A stretch of DNA of 64,000 nt, from assembly GCA_951406725.2 (NCBI GenBank), contig OX597830.1, forward strand, positions 25,172,001-25,236,000, written 5' to 3'. Within the stretch, counting starts at the first letter, position 1. Every line of letters begins with the position of its first letter. Of this stretch, positions 54,483 to 64,000 are shown one piece after another. The DNA is from Octopus vulgaris. Taxonomy: Eukaryota. The position numbers and the translations under genes were made by a program. The notes beneath the pieces were generated by a model. It made no database searches. It worked only from the letters and a program-made list of their open reading frames with translations, and was not told the origin of the DNA.

Positions 54483-56819
54483 CAGTAACAAATCATACAG
54501 ATGCAATGCGTCCCTCTGAACATATTACACTCTCTCCATGCACCTGTTTATTTCTGTATACTCATAGATTCTGGTGGTGTCTATGAGAGAGGTGACTAAG
54601 GTGGATTCAGTCCAAGTGCAACTGTTACTGCTCCTCTACATCTAATGTTGGTAGAGCAAATCCAAGAACACTGTTTGAGGCCAGTGTGGCTATTGATGTT
54701 ACACTTATTTCTGTGTATATCTTCCTTATGCTTGTGTGGATCGAGTGCAAATGATGGCCATTCAATTTTTCTAAGCTCTGTAAAAGAACTCAGAAGGTTG
54801 GGTCTCCAACCAAGCCTTTCGCGATACCCTCAAAGCCAGGATCTTTTCAGCACCCTCTCAGATGTTAAATTTCTCATTTAATTTGCTATCAATTCAGACT
54901 TGGTTTATATTATTCATGATTTAAACATCTCTCACAATCCATTCATCTATAAATATCATTAATTTGATTACTAATAAATTCAAAACAGAAAAAATGTACA
55001 TAGAACATAGACAATTTTAAAAATAATTTCCTAGTAAACACAGAGTGAAAAGTGAGTACTTCATTCACTATTTACTGTTTCATTCATACAATATTAAATG
55101 GTATCCTACATACCTTACATCAAAAATGTTAATGTCTTTAGCATTAGCAGTTTTTCAGGATATCCCTGTTATAAGAGAAAGAATGAAAGAGAAACTAAGA
55201 CAAGATCTTGGTACAAGAAAGTTACATTTGAGGAGAAATATAAAAGAAAGAAAAAAGTAGGTGGCTCTATTAACCCACCTGATTTGATCTTCAAAAATTG
55301 TCTTTTAAATTATTACCATTTTCTCTATCTAGGAAAGAAGAGGATGTGGTGATCCTTTCTTTTATTCTTTCTAATATTATTCTTAGAGACCAAGTGATGA
55401 TATCAGTAGTACACTTGCTTGAGTTAAGTATACATTATTAGTATTATTCTATGTTTAAAGCAAATTTATTGGCATTAATAGTGAAGTTATTGATACTATA
55501 GTTAATGCCAGGAGCATCAAAAAGTTATTTGAAATAATTATACAGTGAAGAATGTACAACATATTTAGTATTCTGTGTTTAAAGCCAACTTACAATTAGT
55601 GGCTAAGGTAATATTAACATATTCAATGCAGTAAGCATCTAAGCTAAGGCAAAATAATTATGCAGTAAGGAATAGTCAATACTGTCTTTTATTTCAGCAA
55701 ATACGAGACCACTCCAGGCATGCTCTGTCTTACTGTGACCTCAACAGCAAAGCACAGACTTCATCATACTAACCAAAGTAGAAATGAAAGAATCACTAAG
55801 TAAATATACAAGAATAACCAATAATTAACATACAAGACTAGAATTGTTTAAGGAATAAATTTCTCAATATCATTATGTTTGGAAAGTATAACAATGTAAC
55901 ACATAATTTACAGGATATGTGGAATGTCTGTTATCATGCTCTATATAAGTTGTATCAAGAGATGATAATGCAAATCGATTGTGGTATCTTACTTTGTACA
56001 GTAAAGACTAAATTGTCAGATCAAGTGCATAACCAATACATTTTGGAGGATTATTTTATATGAATTACAGAGGTTTCAGAATAAATTTAGTTTTATGAAA
56101 TATTTCAACAATCTCTGAATGTGTGTTTGTGGTGGGGAACATATTTATAAATAGACAATTTCATGAAAATATTGTGAGAATATGTTTGACAATAATTATT
56201 TTGTAAATAAATATGCAGTAAGTATATGTAGAGATGAGCATGCAATAGAAAAAGGTTAGCCAGCTGTGGTATTTGAGCCACCAATACATCCTCTACATGG
56301 ATGCTTGATCTGTTAGAAACAGTAAACAAATTTCCTAAAATGCCATAAGCCAATAAAGCAGCCTCTATGTGGCTTGAAACAGCAAGTTAAATTTCTGTCA
56401 AATCCCACAAGTCAATGAGATAGCTGCTACATGGTCTTTTGACTTGTTAGAAATAGCAACCAAATTTCTCACAAATTGCATCCTGCTGATTTAATAAAGG
56501 ACAGAATGCATTAAATAATATAATCCTATATAGCACTAAAACAGATGAGCGGAGCAGAATTGCATCTAGGTCAACCGGAGATCTAAACAATAACTTGTCA
56601 ATCCAAAGCCAAAGTAGAAACCAATGTGTTGGCAAAGATAAACGTCCTAATCATACAACTTCTTACACTTTTTTTTTTTCTGTAAATTTCTCCCCCAACA
56701 TTCCTTTTTCTCTGTTTTCATTTTCACTTTTCTTGCATGCAAGTTAAATTCTTACAGAGACAACAAATTAAACCAAATGGGTGCAGCAAATATAATAATC
56801 TTTCCACTATATGCACAAG

Positions 56820-56980
56820 GACTAAAATTTTGTTGGGGTGGGGCAAGTCAATTACACTGACCCCAGTTCTCAGCTGGTACTTATTTTATCGACCCCAAAA
56901 GGATGAATGGTACAGTTGACCTTGGCAGAATTTGAACTCAAATTGAATGCTGCTAAGCATTTTGTCCATCATGCTGCCTT
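56820..56980 (-). mobile_element. SINE family 1, degraded copy
   Basis: The reverse complement shows the GAGTTCAAATTC B-box and the GGGTCGATAAAATAAGTACCAG segment. Confidence 0.65.
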
Positions 56981-57934
56981 TACAACAAATGTAATAACAA
57001 TGAAAAGCGATTCTATTATCCAATTGCTAATTTATTGCAATAAAATATTCAGGAATTGCTAATAAAATTTGGGTGGAAAGGGGTCTTTCTTCATATTTCA
57101 ATGTCCCATCTAGTCTTTTCAACATCTTTGAATGTCTGCAAAAGAATTTGGCTTTATGTAGGTGAATGAGCAAGTAAATATTTCAGCTCTATAAAGTTAT
57201 GCCAATGACTGATAACGTAATAGACTGTTAAACATTAAGCATAGCTTCATTGTTTGTACTAGTTGCACAAACAAATATATCATCCATCTGAATACTCTTC
57301 CATTAGTAATTGGTAAAAGTGTAACTGGTGGCTCAGAAATCTAGTTGGTACATATTCAAGAAAGCACTTCTTAAAATTTCTTCATATTTATATGTACACA
57401 TATAAAGTGTGCATCTTTGCTTGCACAGTCCTAAAATGAAATTGGTCAAAGAGGTTTCATTTTATGAGCAAGAAAGTGAAGTTGGTAGAGATCATTTGCC
57501 AGAAACTCAGTAAAATGAAACTAAATCTCTAATTTGATTGGTCCCTCCCTTGCTTCAATTCTGCAAACTTTGTCACATCAACATGATGTCATCAATTTTA
57601 GTCTTTTCTATCACTAATATCACAAGTAGTGCTCTGATGAGCTTTCTCTCTTAGTTCCAGATCACTTTATGCCATCTCACCTAACTTGAAACTCAGTGTC
57701 CTTTAATTTTATTTACAGGAAATGCTTTTGAGTATGCATATGAAAACTCCTATCTTATTATGTCAGCTACAGCCTAATGATACCACATTGAAATAGCAGT
57801 TTTATGGGGGGTTTGCTGGGCTGATATAATGTAGGATAAATATAGTAATAATAATAATCCAAAGATAGAATTTATAAATATTTACAAACACATTAAATTT
57901 CGATATCATTAGAAATATACTTCTGTTCTTTTCT

Positions 57935-58410
57935 TCTTTTACTTGATTCAGTCATTTGACTGCGGCTATGCTTGAGCACCACCTTTAGTCGAGCAAATCG
58001 ACCATAGGACTTATTCTTTGTAAGCCTAGTACTTATTCTATCGGTCTCTTTTGCCAAAGCGCTAAGTTACGGGGACATAAACACTCCAGCATCGGTTGCC
58101 AAGCGATGTTGGGGGGGGAACAAACACAGACACACAAACACACATATATATACATATATATACGTATAAATGGCGGTGCCCCAGCATGGCCACAGCTCAT
58201 GAGCTGAAACTAAAAAATCAAAATCAAAATCAAAAATACATATATACGATGGGCTTCTTTCAGTTTCCATCTATCAAATCCACTCACAAGGCTTTGGTCA
58301 ACCCAAGGCTATAGTAGAAGACACTAGCCCAAGGTACCACGCAGTGGGACTGAACCTGGAACCATGTAGTTGGTAAGCAAGCTACTTACCACACAGCCAT
58401 TCCTGTGCCT
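57935..58410 (-). mobile_element. SINE family 2 copy with an internal opposite-strand tail fragment (~58168-58235)
   Basis: Reverse complement of 45736-46138; insert GGCGGTGCCCCAGCATGGCCACAG...(AAAATC)n. Confidence 0.85.
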
Positions 58411-58789
58411 AAAGAAATTGTAGAAAATTTCTTTAAAAAAATACCCATTTTTCTGAACATTATGAAGAAACAAATTAGACTCGTGTGAATTACCCAAAAC
58501 TCACCACCACCACACACTCCGAAAACATTGTTCCTCCCTACAAATTCCAATACCATCATCATCTACATTCTGAAAGATATTTTCAGTAAGTTTCACTAAG
58601 AATATACATTTTTCTTTAAATTATGAGAAAATAAATAGAGGAAGAAGGACCTTGTGTAGGTATGCCTTTTTTAATGAAACTTTCAACAAATACCTTTCAT
58701 GTAGTGTAGATTCCGATGTATTTTATTTAATCAATAGAAACTCATTAATAAATTGTTATAGTATCATATTACTCAAACAACTAGAAAGT

Positions 58790-59520
58790 TTTGGGACACT
58801 GGGAAACCACTCATGAGCTGCACCAGTTACCTCTGCTCTGCAAGCTGCCAGTGATGACAGGAATCTTGCAGTCAGAGATCCGACCTCACCAAACATCTCG
58901 AATGCCACAGGATGGAAAATGTAGTTGGCCAACAGATCGTGGTACTTCAGGATTTTGTTCCACTTGGCTGCAGAAGCTGTGGATTTCACCCTGACTGCAG
59001 CATCCAGGATGTGAGGAGCAAAGGTGTCACTAACTGTGACATCCCAGACAAGGCATCTGCCTCTCAACCAGGGGCACAGGGTGAGGGTGTCAGGTCTTTC
59101 CCATCACATCTGGACACCCCAGATGGTTCCAAGATGGAGGGGATGTTTGCCCGAGCCAAGCTCTTCTTGAGTATAAGGTCTAACTCTGTGATGCATGAAG
59201 TAACGAGCATTAAGGCGGTAAGAAAGATAGTGGAGGCTTGTGGAGTAAAAAAGCTTGCCACAATGACAACTCAAACCCATGCAGACGTCACCTCCCACTC
59301 TGAGGGTAATGGAGACATGAAGTTCGTCCAAGCTGAGTAGGCCACCAACGTTAGCCACAGGAATGGCATCAACCCAGTCACCTGAGTATTTGGTGCTAGC
59401 AGACAGTAAGCAGCACCTTGAAAGCTGGTTTGACAGGATGAAGAGAGAGTCAAAAGTGGCCTTCAAAATTATGTTGTCCCAAGCACTCTAACTCTGGCTA
59501 TCCTCCATCTACTCAAGAAC
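58790..59520 (-). mobile_element. CRE-like non-LTR retrotransposon 3' fragment with restriction-like endonuclease
   Basis: SGDWVDAIPVANVG..LRVGGDVC..CHCGK (zinc-knuckle region), [63 protein letters not shown] (PD..D RLE motif); frameshifted. Confidence 0.8.
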
Positions 59521-59779
59521 AGACAAGCCCAATTTAGAATCTGTGCTGAAAATATTTTCGGAAGTGGGGAAGAATTTTGTATAATTCACATAAGTCAACT
59601 TTCTTTACTCATAACTTTCAGAAAAATGGGTATTTTTTAATGAAATTTTATATAAATACCTTTCAGTTGGTTTATCAGAGTTTAATGTGAAAAAAAATTG
59701 TTAGGCTAGTTCACATTAAATACTGAAATACATAACATTTATCTACAAAATGAAACTTGAAAACATTGTTAAATAATTG

Positions 59780-60668
59780 CACCTGCGCTAGATTAACCAT
59801 TAAGCCATATAAGCACGTGCTTAGAGCATCAAGGGAAGCAGGACACCACAGAAATAGTAATTGGATTCCAGCACAAAAGAATTCCCTTTAAACTTGCTAA
59901 AATAATATTCAAAGGGGTTCACATGATCAAAAGTGTTCATGGTGTCATACTGAGGATCTGATGAAAGACTGTAATTTTAAAAAATGTAGAAAACTTTTCA
60001 AATATAAATAAAGTGGAAGTATAGTAAAATAAACATTATTTTCCATTTTATGGTAAGCATTGTTTCATTTTGAAAACTGAAAAAAAAAATTTATGATTAA
60101 TTATTCGGAAAGACTCCCCCGCCCCTTTTTTTTCTCCCAAATTTATTTTTGTAATTTTTTTTGCCAAAAATCCCCTTTTTCGGATATGGAGGTTCTGGAA
60201 AATTGCCAAAAATCGGCATTGTGAAAATTTTTCCCCTACTTCACCCAAACTTCTTCAATTTAGACTTTTTTCCCCCAACACTAACCCTAAAACCCTAGCC
60301 CTTTAACCCTAACCCTAACCATAAGTACAGAAATGTTTTGAAATTTTACAAAGATTTTTGGAAATTATTTTAGAATCATAATCTCCGTATTTTTCTGCAA
60401 ATTTTGAAAAAAAAATTTGGAAAAAAGTTTAAAAATGAAGGAAATGTGGGTAGGGGTGGTAATTTAGAAGTGTCGATTTTTGCCAATTTTTTTTTTGCAG
60501 ATTCGTATTCCCCGTAACCGAAAGGGGGGGGGGGTCAAAAATTTTTTTTTTTTAAGGGTGGAGGGGCGGAAGTCTTGCCATTATTCTTTTTATTTTGAAT
60601 TATATATATATGGGAGCACCAAAATCTTTAAAGTGCTTAGGGCCTTTATGGGTCTTAATCCGACCCTG
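59780..60668. mobile_element. Possible degraded non-autonomous hAT-like element containing an internal (CCCTAA)-bearing repeat
   Basis: The right end CTTAATCCGACCCTG resembles CAGGGCCGGATTAA-type TIRs, while the left end (GCTAGATTAACC) is degenerate. CTAACCCTAA-like run at 60281-60325. Confidence 0.3.
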
Positions 60669-61190
60669 AATTGCACCCACCAATTTATATATTTGTTACA
60701 TTGAATTCCGATATAATCGGTTTCTACACCATTTGAGAAGTACTTTGTAGAAAGTTAAATTTTAAAATACTCACTTTTCAGAAAGTTATGAGGAAACAAA
60801 GTTGGGGAGAGGGGGGCACCTGCGTAAGTACACCGATTTAGCAGACCAGGTATACCAGCTAAAACTCCTTTCTTACCTTAAAGAAAACACACCCACCAGA
60901 AATTGCCGGGTATGTTCGTTTTAAAATTTTATTAACGAAGCTAAAATTCTCCATTGAAAAACAAAACGAAAAACATAAGCACCTAATTTTTTTAATCGAT
61001 AAAATTCCGTCCCAAAGGAACTAAACAACATAATAATAGACATAAACACACATATATATAAGACCATATTTTTTTAATGAATTTAAATGTAAGACTGTAA
61101 AAGCAAGGAAACAGTCAAAAGATAGTCGTGAGATGTGCTAGAAACAACAGCCAGATCTCCCTTAAATCATATACCTTTCCGTCTGGAAAT

Positions 61191-61584
61191 ACTCTTTACT
61201 CTTTTACTTGTTTCAGTCATTTGACTGCGGCCATGCTGGAGCACCGCCTTTAGTCGAGCAAATCGACCCCAGGACTTATTCTTTGTAAGCCCAGTTCTAT
61301 CGGTCTCTTTTGCCGAACCGCTAAGTTACGGCGACGTAAACACACCAGCATCAGTTGTCAAGCAATACTAGGGGGACAAACACACACACACATACATATA
61401 CACACTCATACACATATATACGACAGGCTTCTTTCAGTTTCCGTCTACCAAATCCACTCACAAGGCTTTGGTCGGCCCGAGGCTATAGTAGAAGATACTT
61501 GCCCAAGATGCCACGCAGTGGGACTGAACCCAGGGCCATGTGGTTGGTTAGCAAGCTACTTACCCCACAGCCACTCCTGCGCCT
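61191..61584 (-). mobile_element. SINE family 2, full length
   Basis: Reverse complement of 45736-46138 with high identity. Confidence 0.9.
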
Positions 61585-61880
61585 ATATATTTACAAATTT
61601 TATTTTATTTATTTTCCGAAAACGTTTCTCCCGTTGTCTTTAAATGTGTAGTGCCAAAAAAAAAAAAAATTGGCGAATATCGCTCCTGAGGGAGGGGGGG
61701 ATTAATTTTCAAAACTTTTTTCAGAAAAAGATGTCACACTCCAAGGCCGTGGTGGAAAAAAAAAATTGGAAAATTTTGTCAAAACGGAGAGAATCCAATT
61801 TATGAGGGCGTCCTGATCGGAAACTCCGCCAAAACAGTTTGGAAGGACATTGCGCCAGTTTTGATTTAAGACCATAAAAG

Positions 61881-62296
61881 GGCAATATTTCGTCTCTAGT
61901 AGACCTTTCCGTCGATTTCTGTAAACATTTTTTTTTTTTTTACATATGGGCTTGCGGGAACTTTTGAAGTAATGAGAGCGAAAGAGACTAAGAGAAAGCG
62001 ATTGTATGACGAGGGAAGTTCTTTTGAAGTTACCGTGCATGTGAAGCATTGATGTACATGTGTGTGTTTGATGGGGTTTAGGAGACAGACAGTATGTTGT
62101 GTAAGTGAAGTGCTTCTGTTAGTGTGTGTGAAGAGACAGAGTAATGTGTGAAAGAAAGAGATAACTGAAATATTTTACTCGGTGTATGTGTATATGTATG
62201 TATATTACTTCAAAAGTTCCCGCAAGCCCATATGTAAAAAAAAAAAATTTTTTTACGGAAATCGACGGAAAGGTCTACTAGAGACGAAAGATCGCC
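61881..62296. mobile_element. MITE (416 bp) with ~93-bp TIRs and 9-bp TSD; Merlin- or Mutator-like
   Basis: TSD CCATAAAAG at 61872-61880 and 62297-62305. TIRs 61881-61973 and 62204-62296 start GGCAA/GGCGA. Confidence 0.85.
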
Positions 62297-62859
62297 CCAT
62301 AAAAGAGAGGAAGCGCAGCGAAAAGACTTGTTTGAATTTAAGAACCGTCTCTGCCATATTTGCTATGGAGACCCGCTCTGGCATCATATTTGCTGTGGAA
62401 AAATTGTTTTGATTCACACTGAAAAAGTGGAAATGGAGAAAACAAGTTGAATAAGAAAAAACATATATGTATTTTTATTTTGGATGCTAAATATTAAAAT
62501 GACACACAAGTTTTAATTTTAGCGCCTTAAATGTCGTAAAATAATAATAATAATACAACGGGAAAAAATTTTAAATTCGATGCAAGTCAACAAATACTAA
62601 ATCTTAAACATAAGTTTGAAATATATACCAACGTGTTAATGGACCTCATAAATGGGTGCAAAAGCTTCGCTGAGAGATAATGGTCGGAAAAATTTCGGTT
62701 GAGGTTGCAATCATAAAACAAAACTTGCCATTTATGGCGACGAATCTTTTAAGAAATTTTGGTCGTCAAGTCATTTCTAGAAAGAGATGGTCGTCTGCTA
62801 TCAATCAAGTCACACTCAACCTCGGAACGCTCTCACTCCACTCACTCTCTGCCACCCGT

Positions 62860-63056
62860 ACTCTCTCTCTCTCTTTCTCTTACTATCTCTTCCTCCCAGT
62901 GTCGTTCTCTCTCTCTCTCACTTACTATCTCTCCCTCCCAGTGTCGTTCTCTCTCTCTCTCTCTCTTACTATCTTTTCCTCCCAGTGTCGTTCTCTCCCT
63001 CTCTCTCTCTCTTACCATCTCTTCTTCCCAGTGTCGTTCTCTCTCTCTCTCTCTGT
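62860..63056. repeat. Pyrimidine-rich minisatellite, ~4 units of (CT)n-TTACTATCTCTTCCTCCCAGTGTCGTT
   Basis: CCCAGTGTCGTTCTCTC recurs four times at ~42-48 bp spacing. Confidence 0.85.
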
Positions 63057-63292
63057 CGGCTCTGGCAGGCTTTTATGCCCTGGACACGCCATAGACTTCG
63101 ACGACGCCCCTACCATTTCATCAAGAGCTGCAGGCTTTAAGAGCAAAACAAGGACACATGCCCGTGTGTGTATTTCGCCTTAAATGTGTGTATGTAACAC
63201 ACAAAGGAATAGAACTTTTAAATCCGAGCAGATACCTTACGAACACTGATAAATTTCAGAATATTAGGAAGCGTTGATATTAAATAATTAAG

Positions 63293-63695
63293 GGATCTTT
63301 TCGGTTTGAACGGCAGTTTTTTTCTAGCGGTGTCATATGAAATTGTCACCCATAATTATGACCCTAGTATCGATCTATTGCATTTCAATCTGTTTTAGGG
63401 TTAGGGGTGGGGGAAGGGTATCTTTTTTTTCTTTAGAAATGTAAATAAACCCAATCTGGTTCTTAAACGAGGGACATATTCATACGGCTCAGAATGTTTT
63501 CACCTCAATAGACGTCAGTGATTGGTTGAAATTGCAGAAATTGAAGAAAAAAAATCAACAAACTATAGAATTTTCTCACTAAAGCCAAGAGAAAAAGATG
63601 TTTTATAAACACATTCTACCAGTATACGAAGTTTAAAAGTGTTTAGTTACGTGGAAATTATTTTTAAAAAACTGCCGTTCAAACCGAAAAGATCC
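63293..63695. mobile_element. Non-autonomous element with perfect 30-bp inverted termini and internal TTAGGGTTAGGG
   Basis: GGATCTTTTCGGTTTGAACGGCAGTTTTTT at 63293-63322 and its reverse complement at 63666-63695. Confidence 0.85.
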
Positions 63696-64000
63696 GGAAT
63701 TTCAAATCTGGGCAGATACCTTACGAACACTGATAAATTTCAGAATATTAGGATCCTGAGTTTGCTTCGATGGATTTCACACACACATGCGTATTTAGCA
63801 TGGACACAGAATGTGACAAGGCTGGTCCTTTGAAATTCAGTTACAACTCATTCTTGCTAGCTGAATTGACTGGGAAAATGTGAAATAAAGTGTCTCGTTC
63901 AGGGACATAATGAAAATACAGGGGTGGTGGTGCGTTAGCAGAAACGTTAAAGCGTTGGATAAAATTGCTTTGCCCTATTTCAACTCTACGTTCTGAATTC

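Noticed and set aside
60281-60325. Interstitial telomere (CCCTAA)n
   Set aside because: Only a few imperfect units inside a dispersed repeat.
62680-63183. Ser/Leu-rich ORFs in three frames
   Set aside because: Produced by the stop-free CT-rich minisatellite.

Overview
Eukaryotic, AT-rich, microsatellite- and SINE-rich DNA. The SINE families look like coleoid cephalopod (octopus-type) repeats, but that is recognition, not a database result. Bases 1-31,879 are the 3' part of one giant + strand exon, starting upstream of the window, that encodes more than 10,600 aa of Cys-free Thr/Ser/Pro mucin-type repeats. In order these are a 417-bp array, a perfect (TTTRRP)15 cationic insert, about 48 copies of a 405-bp unit with higher-order structure, a triplicated 878-bp cassette and an N-glycan-rich unique stalk. 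The exon ends at a phase-1 donor (AAG|GTAAGA, 31879/31880) that is frame-compatible with a phase-1 acceptor (TTTTCAG|GT, 38367/38368). The terminal exon encodes a degenerate, MIDAS-less, cysteine-free VWA-like domain (stop 38949-38951). Fourteen small indels break the frame inside the arrays and are most likely assembly or consensus errors. The 6.5-kb intron and the downstream 25 kb hold RTE, Hero and CRE-like LINE fragments, piggyBac, Tc1/maT and mariner remnants, several MITEs with clear TIRs and TSDs, a candidate solo LTR, tRNA-derived SINEs and microsatellites. No other convincing host gene was found.
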